DNA of 64,000 nucleotides from an uncultured delta proteobacterium (lineage in GTDB: Bacteria; Desulfobacterota; Zymogenia; Zymogenales; Zymogenaceae): the NCBI GenBank assembly GCA_963809875.1, contig CAWELC010000012.1, forward strand, positions 16,479-80,478, read 5' to 3'. Below, in pieces: positions 37,002-46,578 of the stretch. How positions within the stretch are numbered: the stretch's first letter is position 1; the number at the start of each line of letters is the position of its first letter. The notes under the pieces were generated by a model, which saw nothing but the letters and a program-made list of their open reading frames with translations, was not told the origin of the DNA and made no database searches. Made by a program: the position numbers and the translations under genes.

Positions 37002-38774
37002 ATGAGCTTAAAGAGAATATCGTTCTCAATTTTTCTCGCCGTCTTTTTCGGCACGGTTTTCCTTGTCTCGGGAGCCTTTGCCGGCGAGGCGATGTACATC
37101 GAGGAGCCCAATTTCTACAGCGTCCCCAAGACGATCATGGTCTCCGACAAGCCCGAATGGACGCCGGATTTCCGGGATAACCCGGCGCTCATGGGCACGG
37201 ACAAGGACGTCCGGTTCCTCATGGATCTCTACTATACGGGGAGCTACACCAAGGTCGATCTGGACAACTTCTTCACCTATCATATCGGGGGGATCCCCGT
37301 GTTCGGCGCCGGTTTCGGCTCCGGTAAGGAGGAGTACGTCACCAACGGGGTTGGCGCCGACGTCGGCGTGGTCCTCAAGGTGACCGACCGGTCCGAGCTC
37401 GGGGTCATCATGGGCTACCGCTACCTCAACACCGACATGGAGGGCGACCAGGTCTACCGGTGGTCTTCCCTCGGTGCCACCGGAAGTATGACCTCATCGC
37501 TGGAGCGGGAGATCAGGTCCAGCGATTTCTCCCTCGGGCTCCTCTATAACATCGAGTTTACCCCGGCCTTTTCGCTCGGGATGGGACTCAAGTACGGCCG
37601 CGGCGTCCACGAGAGCAACTTCTCGCTCGACGGTACCGGGAGCTCTGTTCCCTTCGGACCCGAGGTGATCACGATGGACCGCGAGCTGACGCTGGATTAC
37701 CACCGGTTTGCGCCCGTGCTGGGCGTATCGGTCAAGCCGAACGATGCACTGACCATTGACGCATCGGTAGAGGGCGGGTTCATCTTCGGCGGGGTGGATA
37801 AGGGCGACACCCTGAACAGCACCGTTGCTGTCGTGCCCGCTATCTTCAGACCGCACGTGGAGAACCTCGCATCCCGCGACCTTTCCGGGTGGGATATCAA
37901 AACGGGTCTTAAAGTGACGTACGCCGTCTCCGATAGACTCTCGCTGCCGTTCTTCGCTGATTTCGCCTACGGCGATACGAGATGGGAAGTCGACGGCACC
38001 GCGGCAGGCAACTTCTTCCCCGTCGACCTGCCGGAGATCGTCTATGCGCCCGGGCCGGTGGACTATGAGAACGACAGTGCCCTGTGGCACATCACCGGTG
38101 GGCTCGGCGCGGACTTCACCATGGCGGGATGGGATACGGAGGTGACCGGCGCATACACCCACTGGCAGAACCGCAACGACTACGACCAGAGCAATGTCAA
38201 CAGCACCGTGCTTTTTGCCCCGATCGGCGCGACCTCAGTCTTTGAGGAGAGCATCGTCGAGAAACGGGACATTATCAGCCTCGGGCTGATGATGAAAAGG
38301 GACTTCACGCCGTCCTTTGCCGCCGAGCTCGGGCTGCGCTACGACCTGGGGTTTGGCAGGATGGACCTCGACCGGGATTACAGGTCCGCACTCGCGTTTT
38401 TTGGGGCTCCGGCGCCGACCCTGTCGCTGTCCTATACCGGCAAAGACGTCTACCAGAACCTGACCTTCTCCACGCGGATGGAGTTTAAACCGTCAGACCG
38501 GCTGACGCTCGCGCTCGGAGGTGCCGTGACCTTCCCGCTTGACGCCCTCGATTACGAGCTGGAGGGAGACGTATCCGGAATCGGCACCAGCGTTCCTCCA
38601 TTCTTACAGTTGGGGTTTGACGGCCCGACGGACCTCGACTCCAAGACCACACAGTGGCAGTACGGCGGCTATTTCATGTTGACTTATGAGCTCGGCGCCC
38701 CGACGCCGGTGCCCCCGCCCGCCGCTCCCGCGCCGATCATCGAGCCCAAGCTTGAGCCGATGAGCCAGAAGTAG
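37002..38774 (+). CDS. Predicted secreted outer-membrane beta-barrel protein, unrecognised family, paralog 1
   Basis: SD aaaggagg upstream of the ATG at 37002. Signal peptide (FLAVFFGTVFLVSGAFA|GEA). Alternating hydrophobic/aromatic beta-strand-like segments with many G/Y/D/N/T residues. Barrel-end-like ...YGGYFMLTYELG followed by the tail APTPVPPPAAPAPIIEPKLEPMSQK. Confidence 0.6.
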   Translation: MSLKRISFSIFLAVFFGTVFLVSGAFAGEAMYIEEPNFYSVPKTIMVSDKPEWTPDFRDNPALMGTDKDVRFLMDLYYTGSYTKVDLDNFFTYHIGGIPVFGAGFGSGKEEYVTNGVGADVGVVLKVTDRSELGVIMGYRYLNTDMEGDQVYRWSSLGATGSMTSSLEREIRSSDFSLGLLYNIEFTPAFSLGMGLKYGRGVHESNFSLDGTGSSVPFGPEVITMDRELTLDYHRFAPVLGVSVKPNDALTIDASVEGGFIFGGVDKGDTLNSTVAVVPAIFRPHVENLASRDLSGWDIKTGLKVTYAVSDRLSLPFFADFAYGDTRWEVDGTAAGNFFPVDLPEIVYAPGPVDYENDSALWHITGGLGADFTMAGWDTEVTGAYTHWQNRNDYDQSNVNSTVLFAPIGATSVFEESIVEKRDIISLGLMMKRDFTPSFAAELGLRYDLGFGRMDLDRDYRSALAFFGAPAPTLSLSYTGKDVYQNLTFSTRMEFKPSDRLTLALGGAVTFPLDALDYELEGDVSGIGTSVPPFLQLGFDGPTDLDSKTTQWQYGGYFMLTYELGAPTPVPPPAAPAPIIEPKLEPMSQK

Positions 38775-38805
38775 CAATCCGATACGCATTGCCTGCGAAA
38801 CACGA

Positions 38806-38837
38806 ACGGGACGGCGAGAGCCGTCCCGTTTCCTTTT
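38806..38837 (+). terminator. Rho-independent terminator, cassette 1
   Basis: acgggacggc-gaga-gccgtcccgt followed by TTCCTTTT. Confidence 0.7.
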
Positions 38838-38933
38838 AGGGGACTACCACGCGCTATCGGCGCCGGCCGTCGTCACAGCTTTTTCCCGGAGCGGGGCTCA
38901 GGTCCGGATATTAAGAAAAACTAACTATTTTAC

Positions 38934-38962
38934 TTGACTGATCGAGGAGACGACATTAAAAT
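38934..38962 (+). promoter_or_regulatory. Sigma70-like promoter, cassette 2
   Basis: TTGACT, 17-nt spacer, TAAAAT. An A/T-rich stretch (gaaaaactaactatttta) lies upstream. Confidence 0.5.
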
Positions 38963-39102
38963 GCTCTAACCCTGGCGTGCGTATCCAAGGATCGGGGCCT
39001 CTTCGCCCGCAAAACGACCGTAACCACCCCCGAGGTTATTCAACCCCGGGTTAGTTCGTCAGCTGTGTATCGTTGTGAAAGTCTATTAAGAGGAGGAATT
39101 TT

Positions 39103-40884
39103 ATGAACATCAGAAAAGCATCGTCTCTTGTTTTTCTTGCGGTCCTCACGGTGATGCTGTTGCCTGCTTCGGGGGTTTTCGCCGGGGAGGCTATGTACAT
39201 CGAGGAACCGAACTTTTATAGCGTCCCCAAGACGATCATGATCCAGGACAAACCCGAATGGACTCCGGATTTCCGGGATAACCCGTCGCTCATGGGCACG
39301 GACAAGGACGTCCGGTTCCTCATGGACCTCTACTACACGGGGGGCTACACCAAGGTCGATCTCGACAACGACTTCACGTACGGTCTCCTCGGGGTCCCCG
39401 GGCTCACCGGGTTCGGTACCGGCTCCGGCCTGGAGGAATACGTGACCAACGGCGTGGGCGCCGACCTGGGGGTAGTGCTCAAGACCTCCGACCGGTCCGA
39501 GCTCGGGGTCATCATGAGTTACCGCTACCTCAATACCGACATGGAGGGGGACCAGCTCTACCGCTGGAGTTTCCTGGGCATAACCGGGAACATAACCTCG
39601 TCGCTCGACCGTCAGATCAAGTCCAGCGATTTTTCCCTCGGACTGCTCTATAACGTCGAGCTTACCCCGGCGTTTTCGCTCGGGATGGGGCTCAAGTACG
39701 GCTACGGGATCCACGAGAGCGACTTCGGACTTGACGGAAGCGGGACCTCCAACGCCTTCGGCCTCGAGGTAACGACCATGGACCGCGAGCTGGTGCTGGA
39801 CTACCACCGCTTCGCCCCCGTGCTGGGCGTCACGGTGAAGCCCTCCGACGCCTGGACGATCGAGGCTTCGGTCGAGGGCGGGTATCTCTTCGGCGGGGTG
39901 GACAAGGACGACTCGCTGACCGATTCGGCCGTTTTCATACCCCCTACCGACAGAACCCACTCAGAGGTCCTGGACTCGCGTGACCTGAGCGGCTGGGACA
40001 TCGGCACTTATGTCAAGGTGGCCTATGCCCTGTCGGACGATCTGTCGTTCCCGTTCTTCGTCGATTTCGCCTATATGGACACCACCTGGGAGGTTGATGG
40101 CTCTGGGACCGGGACCTTCTATCCCTACAATCTTCCGGAGATCATCTACGTCGCCGGGCCGGTGGACTACGAGAACCACAACGCCCTCTGGTACATTAAC
40201 GGGGGGTTCGGGGTAGACTTCGTGGCCGGCGGATGGGACATGGAGGCGATCGCCGCCTACACCCACTGGCAGAACCACAACAAATACGACCAGAGCAACG
40301 TCAACAGCACCGCGCTCTTTGCCCCGATCGGCTCTTCGTCGGTCTTTGAGGAAGACGTCGTCGAGAGGCGGGACTTCATCAGCCTCGGGCTTGATATGAA
40401 AAAGGAATTCAGCCCGGCCCTGACCACCCAGTTCGGGATTCGGTACGACGTCGGGTGGGGCAGCATGGATCTCGACCGGGATTACACGTCCCGGTTCGCG
40501 TTTGTCGGTGCTCCCGTGGTGCCGACGCTGTCGGCCTCGTACCACGACACAGACCTGTTCCAGAACCTGACCCTGACCGTCCGCACGGACCTCAAGGCCA
40601 CCGACCGGCTGACGCTGACGCTGGGGGCCAACGGGACCTTCCCGATCGACTCCCTCAACTATGATCTGGACGGAAACGCTTCGACTTCGATCCAGGCGAC
40701 TCCCCTGTTCCCATCCCGGTTGGACTTCAACGGGCCATCGAGCCTCGATGCGGATACCTCCGAGTGGCAGTACGGCGGCTATTTCATGCTGACCTACGAG
40801 CTGGGGATACCCAAGCCGGTGCCGCCGGCCACGGCCCCCGCTCCGATCATCGAGCCCAAGCTGGAGCCGATGAGCCAGAAGTAG
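39103..40884 (+). CDS. Predicted secreted outer-membrane beta-barrel protein, unrecognised family, paralog 2
   Basis: SD agaggagg. Signal peptide (VMLLPASGVFA|GEA). Same architecture as paralog 1. Tail IPKPVPPATAPAPIIEPKLEPMSQK. Confidence 0.6.
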   Translation: MNIRKASSLVFLAVLTVMLLPASGVFAGEAMYIEEPNFYSVPKTIMIQDKPEWTPDFRDNPSLMGTDKDVRFLMDLYYTGGYTKVDLDNDFTYGLLGVPGLTGFGTGSGLEEYVTNGVGADLGVVLKTSDRSELGVIMSYRYLNTDMEGDQLYRWSFLGITGNITSSLDRQIKSSDFSLGLLYNVELTPAFSLGMGLKYGYGIHESDFGLDGSGTSNAFGLEVTTMDRELVLDYHRFAPVLGVTVKPSDAWTIEASVEGGYLFGGVDKDDSLTDSAVFIPPTDRTHSEVLDSRDLSGWDIGTYVKVAYALSDDLSFPFFVDFAYMDTTWEVDGSGTGTFYPYNLPEIIYVAGPVDYENHNALWYINGGFGVDFVAGGWDMEAIAAYTHWQNHNKYDQSNVNSTALFAPIGSSSVFEEDVVERRDFISLGLDMKKEFSPALTTQFGIRYDVGWGSMDLDRDYTSRFAFVGAPVVPTLSASYHDTDLFQNLTLTVRTDLKATDRLTLTLGANGTFPIDSLNYDLDGNASTSIQATPLFPSRLDFNGPSSLDADTSEWQYGGYFMLTYELGIPKPVPPATAPAPIIEPKLEPMSQK

Positions 40885-40914
40885 CAGGCCGATGCGCGTT
40901 GTTACGAAACACGA

Positions 40915-40943
40915 ACGGGACGGCGAGAGCCGTCCCGTTTTTT
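40915..40943 (+). terminator. Rho-independent terminator, cassette 2
   Basis: Identical stem-loop acgggacggc-gaga-gccgtcccgt followed by TTTTT. Confidence 0.75.
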
Positions 40944-41057
40944 ATTAAGAGAAAACCGGGCGCTGTCTTCGCGGACCGGCATTGCGTCCCTTTCCCGGAG
41001 CCAGGGGCTCCGGGGACGGTCCGACCGAATTATAATGGGAAAAACTAACTAATTTAC

Positions 41058-41086
41058 TTGACTGATCAAAGCCAAGACATTAGACT
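41058..41086 (+). promoter_or_regulatory. Sigma70-like promoter, cassette 3
   Basis: TTGACT, 17-nt spacer, TAGACT. Same A/T-rich upstream stretch as cassette 2. Confidence 0.45.
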
Positions 41087-41228
41087 GCTCTAATCCGAGC
41101 GTGCGACATCCGCAGGGTCGGAGCCTCTTGACCTCCGTACCGATCGCAGGCCCGCTCCGGACGATACTCAAACCCGGGTTCGCTGTAACCCATATGCAGG
41201 CGCAGAATTCTATTGTGAGGAGGATTTG

Positions 41229-43002
41229 ATGAACGTTAGCAAAGCATCATCTCTTGTTTTCCTCGTGGTTCTTACGGTGATATTGTTGCCCGTTTCGGGG
41301 GCCTTCGCCGGAGAGAGCATCTTCATCGACGAGCCCAATTTCTACAGCGTCCCCAAGACGATCGTGATCCAGGACAAACCCGAATGGACTCCGGATTTCC
41401 GGGACAACCCGGCGCTGATGGGCACGGACAAGGACGTCCGGTTCCTCATGGACCTCTACTATACCGGGGGATACACCAAGGTTGACCTCGACAACGACTT
41501 CACGTACGCTACCGCCGGGGTCACCGGGTTCGGGACCGGCTCCGGCCTGGAGGAATACGTGACCAACGGCGTGGGCGCCGACCTGGGCGTGGTGCTCAAG
41601 ACCTCCGACCGTACCGAGCTCGGGGTCATCATGGGCTACCGCCACCTCAACACCGACATGGAGGGCGACCAGGTCTACCGCTGGAGCTTTTTTGGTTTCA
41701 CCGGCAACATGACCTCCTCGCTCGACCGCCAGATCACGTCCAGCGATTTTTCTCTCGGGCTGCTCTATAACATCGAGCTTACCCCGGCCTTTTCGCTCGG
41801 GATGGGGCTCAAGTACGGCTACGGGGTCCACGAGAGCGACTTCGGACTTGACGGAAGCGGGACCTCCCTCATCTTCGGACCGGAGACGACGACCATGGAC
41901 CGCGAGCTGGTGCTCGACTACCACCGCTTCGCCCCCGTGCTGGGGGTTTCCGTGAAGGCCTCCGACGCGTGGACGATCGAGGCGTCGCTGGAGGGCGGGT
42001 ATCTCTTCGGCGGGGTGGACAAGGACGACGTGCTGATCGACTCGTTTCCCGGCGGCCTACCGCTCAACGACAGGACCCACACGGAGGTGCTGGACTCGCG
42101 CGACCTGAGCGGGTGGGACATCGGCACCTATGTCAAGGTGACCTACGCCCTCTCGGACGATCTCTCGTTGCCGTTCTTCGTCGATTTCGGCTATATGAAC
42201 GCCGCCTGGGAAGTGGACGGCTTCGGGACCGGGACCTTCATTCCCTACAACCTCCCCGAGATCGTCTACGTCCCCGGGCCGGTCGACTACGAGAACCACA
42301 ACGCCCTCTGGTACATCAACGGGGGGTTCGGGGCGGACTTCGTGGCCGGCGGATGGGACATGGAGGCGATCGCGGCCTACACCCACTGGCAGAACCATAA
42401 CAAGTATGACCAGAGCAACGTCAACAGCATCGCGGTCTTCGCCCCGATCGGCTCGGTCTCGGTTTTCGAGGAGGACGTCCTGGAGAGGCGGGACATCATC
42501 AGCCTTGGGCTTGATATGAAAAAGGAATTAAGCCCGGCCCTGACCGCCCGGTTCGGTATCCGGTACGACATCGGGTGGGGCAGCATGGAGCTCGACCGGG
42601 ACTATAACTCCCGCTTCGCCTTCATCACCCCTCCCGCGCCGCCGCTCGCGGCCTCGTACGACGATAGCGGATCTCTTCCAGAACCTGACCCTGACCGTCC
42701 GCACGGACATCAAGGCGAGCGATCGGCTGACTCTGTCCCTGGGCGCGAACGGGACATTCCCGATCGACTCCCTCGACTATGATCTGGACGGAAACGCGTC
42801 CAGCTCGCTCACGGCGTCTGTGCCATTCTTCCCCCGGCTGCTGTTCAACGGGCCGTCGAGCCTCGATGCGGATACCTCCGAGTGGCAGTACGGCGGCTAT
42901 CTCATGCTGACCTACGAGCTGGGCGTCCCCAAGCCGGTACCACCGGCCGCGGCCCCCGCGCCGATCATCGAGCCCAAACTGGAGCCGATGAGCCAGAAGT
43001 AG
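41229..43002 (+). pseudogene. Outer-membrane beta-barrel paralog 3, one +1 frame break near the C-terminus as assembled
   Basis: Collinear with paralog 2 up to ...LAASYDDS. After ~42666-42671 the homologous DLFQNLTLTVRTDIKASDRLTLSLGANGTFPIDSLDYDLDGN...WQYGGYLMLTYELGVPKPVPPAAAPAPIIEPKLEPMSQK is in the +1 frame (ends 43002). Confidence 0.6.
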
Positions 43003-43033
43003 CAGTCCGATACGCGTTGCCTACGAAACACGA

Positions 43034-43060
43034 ACGGGACGGCGAGAGCCGTCCCGTTTT
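43034..43060. terminator. Terminator of cassette 3, abutting the stop codon of the convergent DUF3795 gene
   Basis: Same stem-loop followed by TTT. The minus-strand TGA is at 43062-43060. Confidence 0.65.
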
Positions 43061-43548
43061 CATTGTATTCCAGAAAGCAGATGTGCCGCTACGGGCCGCC
43101 TGCTCCAGACGTAGTGCGGGCCGCGGTTTTCGGCCCACCTGTCCAGGCCGTGCTCCCGGATGAGCCTGAGATTATTTCTCGGGGTGTCGCCGTGAAAGGC
43201 GGCGAAAGGCTCCAGCAGGGCGCAGGTTTCGAATTCCGCGCACTCCCAGCAGCCGGCATATCCATTTTTCTTCGCGCATGCGCGGATAGCGCACTTTTTC
43301 TTTCCTCCCCCCTCGGCGCAGGGGCCGGGGCATTTCAGGGAGGTGACGGCAGAGAGGTATTCCCGGAACCGGTCGTAGCCGGCAAAGACCTCATCCCTTG
43401 AGGCTTTGAGGGCGGCGTAGCGCCCGAAATCGAGCGAGCCCAGCTGCTCGCCAAGGATGCGGGCCGCCTCGAACAGCGTCTCTTTCGAGGGGATGCAGTC
43501 TTTGCAGTAGAGGCCGCAGCAGGCGGTATATTTTCTGCTCTCTTCCAT
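43060..43548 (-). CDS. Cys-rich DUF3795-like protein
   Basis: CCGLYCKDC, CPGPC, CAIRACA, CWECAEFETC. Confidence 0.6.
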   Translation of the reverse strand: MEESRKYTACCGLYCKDCIPSKETLFEAARILGEQLGSLDFGRYAALKASRDEVFAGYDRFREYLSAVTSLKCPGPCAEGGGKKKCAIRACAKKNGYAGCWECAEFETCALLEPFAAFHGDTPRNNLRLIREHGLDRWAENRGPHYVWSRRPVAAHLLSGIQ

Positions 43549-43643
43549 CAGGTCAAGGACCGGCCAAAACCGGCCGCCGCGGGCCGCTCCGACGCCGCGT
43601 GTCGGTCACGAAAGGCAATCATGGGTTCAGGCACAAAGAGTGC

Positions 43644-44513
43644 CTATTTCTTTTTCTTCTTATTCTCTTCTTCTTCCAGGTAGACGACCGTGTGCTCCCC
43701 GTGCCGGTCCGTCCCGCGGTATCCTTCCATCTCGCGGACGTTCTCCTCGATCACTACTCCCTCCGGCAGGATCGCCGACCGCTGGAGATAGTAGCGGGAC
43801 AGGAGGGGCTTTTTCGAGAGGCCCAGCTCCTTGAGGGGTCGTGTGATCTCGTGATCGCCCAGCTCCAGCGACGAGCCTTCCGGGAAGAGCGAATGCCGGG
43901 CCGTGCCGACCTGGGGAATGGTCGTCTGGATGAGCTTCTTGTTCTTCACCGAGAAGGTCGAGAGCGGACAGTAGTCCCTCTTGACAAAGCCCCGGCGCGC
44001 CACCCGGGCCGTCAGGATATGCCGCTTCTCCTCCGAAAGCCGGCACTCGAGGTATTCGGGGGTGATAACGAACTTCATGTCGGCCACGAACTTCGTATAC
44101 CCCCAGACCCCCCGTCCCCCGTCCCGGGCGATGGTATTGGTGACGGGCAGATGCAAAACGACCGTCCCGAAGCGGGGGTCGTAGGCCTCCCGCACCGCCG
44201 GGATCAGGTGCGGGGGCTTCTTATCGGCAAAGATAGCCGGCACGACGATGCCCACCTCGCCATAGGGGCCGATGGTGGTGTCGATGTAGTTGAAACAGGC
44301 CACCCCCAGCAGGGCCTTCTTTTTGGACAGGGTCACGGGATAGAGCCTGTCCGACGGGAGGAGGGCCTTTACCTTGACGGGGTCCGCGGTGTAAAAGAGG
44401 GCGAACGCGTCGTCGCGAAAATAGAGGATCGGGAGCTCGAACTTCTCCCCCCCGACGGTCATCGGTTTACCGGGCCTGGTGCCCGCGAAAAAAGGTTTCA
44501 TGGTATGTCCCAT
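43644..44513 (-). CDS. Acetoacetate decarboxylase (ADC) family-like protein
   Basis: LPILYFRDDAFALFYTADPVKVKALLP, CFNYIDTTIGPYGEVGIVVPA. The family assignment is tentative. Confidence 0.45.
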   Translation of the reverse strand: MGHTMKPFFAGTRPGKPMTVGGEKFELPILYFRDDAFALFYTADPVKVKALLPSDRLYPVTLSKKKALLGVACFNYIDTTIGPYGEVGIVVPAIFADKKPPHLIPAVREAYDPRFGTVVLHLPVTNTIARDGGRGVWGYTKFVADMKFVITPEYLECRLSEEKRHILTARVARRGFVKRDYCPLSTFSVKNKKLIQTTIPQVGTARHSLFPEGSSLELGDHEITRPLKELGLSKKPLLSRYYLQRSAILPEGVVIEENVREMEGYRGTDRHGEHTVVYLEEEENKKKKK

Positions 44514-44601
44514 AGCGGTTTGATAATATAATTACTCACTCGCGTCGCGGGGCGTCGCGCACCGCGAGCCCCGGTCCCGGGCGTCCCCCGCGGACGGCCG
44601 G

Positions 44602-45375
44602 CTACGTCCCCTCAGTCCCCACTTCGATCTCCCTGAGCTCCATCTTCTTGAGCTTTTCAACCGTCTCCGGGGGGAGCTTTGTCTGTCCCTTGTCGAGGGA
44701 TTCCTTGAGCTCCTTGAGCTTCTTGACGGCCTTGTTATAGTTCTCCCTGAAAAGCGCCTTGTCCGGCTTGAGCTCGACGGCCTTGGTGAAGTTATCCAGG
44801 GCCTTGAAGTAATCTCCGTCCCAGTTCATGTAGATCTCACCGAGGTTGTTATAGGCCTTGGCGATCCTCGGGTCCTTCTTTTCCTTATCGGTGGCGATGA
44901 TGTACTGGCTTTTCGCCTTGTCCCACTGCTTGAGTGCTTCGTAGGCCTGGCCGAGGCTGTAGTAGTTCCAGCCGTAGCTCGGGTCAAGGGCGATCTCGGC
45001 CTTATATGATTCGATCGCCTTATCGTAATCCCCGCGGGCCCAGAAGACGTAGGCGAGAGAGTTGTTGACGTACTTCATCTTGGGGTTGAGGCCCCTGGCC
45101 TCGGTGAACTCGGCAAAGGCGTTGTCGAAGGTCGTGTCCTTCTTGTCGAAATCCGCGTAGAGATAGGCGACGCCGAGCAGGTAATGGAGCGAAGCGTCGC
45201 CGGGATTCTCTTTGACAAGCCCTTCGTATTTCACGATCAGCGGCGAAAGGTTTCCCTCAAGGCGCGCCTTCTCGATCTCTATGACCTTTGCCTTGAGCGG
45301 GTCTTCCTGGGCGAAAGCGGCGGCCGATCCCACGAGCAGCGACAGCACGGTTATGCAGACGAGAATCCTCTTCAT
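44602..45375 (-). CDS. Secreted tetratricopeptide repeat protein
   Basis: Signal peptide MKRILVCITVLSLLVGSAAAFA|Q followed by TPR repeats. Confidence 0.65.
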   Translation of the reverse strand: MKRILVCITVLSLLVGSAAAFAQEDPLKAKVIEIEKARLEGNLSPLIVKYEGLVKENPGDASLHYLLGVAYLYADFDKKDTTFDNAFAEFTEARGLNPKMKYVNNSLAYVFWARGDYDKAIESYKAEIALDPSYGWNYYSLGQAYEALKQWDKAKSQYIIATDKEKKDPRIAKAYNNLGEIYMNWDGDYFKALDNFTKAVELKPDKALFRENYNKAVKKLKELKESLDKGQTKLPPETVEKLKKMELREIEVGTEGT

Positions 45376-45513
45376 GGTTACGTGATCCTTAAAGATGTAT
45401 GTTAGAGAAATTCTACCAGAGGCGTGCCGAATGTTCAAGGGATAATCGGGTTTTTCCTTTGACCGCGTTCGGAAATGATACTATACTGATAAAAACGGTA
45501 ACGGGAGGCGACG

Positions 45514-46467
45514 ATGTTTCGAACGACACTCTGCGATACGCTCGGTATCGACTATCCTATCATCCAGGGCGGCATGGTCTGGATCTGCACGCACGAGCTT
45601 GTCGCTGCCGTCTCTGAAGCCGGGGGGCTCGGCGTGCTGGCCGGCGGGAGCATGACCCCCGAAGAGCTTGCCGAGGAGATCCGTCTGACCAAGGCGGCCA
45701 CGAAAAAACCTTTCGGGGTCAATATACCGCTGCTCAGGCCGGACGCGGAGGCCCTCATCGGCGTGACGGTCACGGGCGGGGCCCGCGTGGTGGTAAGCTC
45801 CGCGGGCAATCCGAAGCGTTTCACCAAGAGGATTCAGGACGCCGGGCTCAAGGTCGTCCATGTCTCGCCGAACGTGGGGCTTGCCGCCAAGGCCGAGGAA
45901 GCCGGGGTGGACGCGGTGGTCGGGGAGGGGATCGAAGCGGGGGGACACGACGGCTTTGACGAGATCGCGACGATGGCGCTGATTCCCCAGCTCGTAAAAT
46001 GGCTCCGGGTTCCGGTGATCGCCGCGGGTGGGATCGCGGACGCCCGGGGGTTTGTGGCGGCCCTCGCGTTGGGTGCTCAGGGGGTGCAGATGGGAACGCG
46101 GTTTGCCGCCACGCACGAGGCAAAGGCCCACCCGAAATTCAAGGAGGCGATACTCGGGGTCGGTGACACGGGGACGGTGGTCTCGGCCAGGACGCTTGGA
46201 CCCACCCGCGCGGTCAGGAACAAGCTCACCGAAAAGATCGCGGAGGCGGAGCGCGCCGGCGTCTCAAAGGAAGAGCTGCTGGACCTGATCGGGGAAGGGC
46301 GCTCGCGGATGGCTGCGGTAGACGGCGACGTGGAGGAGGGGACGGTCTACTGCGGGCAAATCGGGGGATTGATTACCGAACTGATGCACGCGGGCGACGT
46401 GGTGCGACAGACTATTGAGGGGGCCGAGAAACTGGTGAAGGAGCTGGGAGTCACGGCACAGCGGTAA
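45514..46467 (+). CDS. Nitronate monooxygenase / FabK-like FMN oxidoreductase (NPD family)
   Basis: LGIDYPIIQGGMVWI, GIEAGGH, IAAGGIADARG, GAQGVQMGTRF. Confidence 0.8.
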   Translation: MFRTTLCDTLGIDYPIIQGGMVWICTHELVAAVSEAGGLGVLAGGSMTPEELAEEIRLTKAATKKPFGVNIPLLRPDAEALIGVTVTGGARVVVSSAGNPKRFTKRIQDAGLKVVHVSPNVGLAAKAEEAGVDAVVGEGIEAGGHDGFDEIATMALIPQLVKWLRVPVIAAGGIADARGFVAALALGAQGVQMGTRFAATHEAKAHPKFKEAILGVGDTGTVVSARTLGPTRAVRNKLTEKIAEAERAGVSKEELLDLIGEGRSRMAAVDGDVEEGTVYCGQIGGLITELMHAGDVVRQTIEGAEKLVKELGVTAQR

Positions 46468-46578
46468 AATGCTCGGTTGGAGCGGAAGAACCCGGCGGCA
46501 GTGAGGCCCCGCGCCCGGGCGGCTGAAGGCCGCCGCGCGGGATCGCCCGATAGGTAGTTTGACGAAAAGGAGCGAGCA

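Larger units (their letters stand above)
36828..43060 (+). repeat. Tandem triplication (~2.1-kb period) of promoter / ~135-nt leader / ~590-aa outer-membrane-protein gene / terminator cassettes
   Basis: Promoters at 36828, 38934 and 41058 (spacing 2106 and 2124 nt). Near-identical terminators at 38806, 40915 and 43034. The coding 5' and 3' ends are near-identical even at synonymous sites. Confidence 0.85.
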
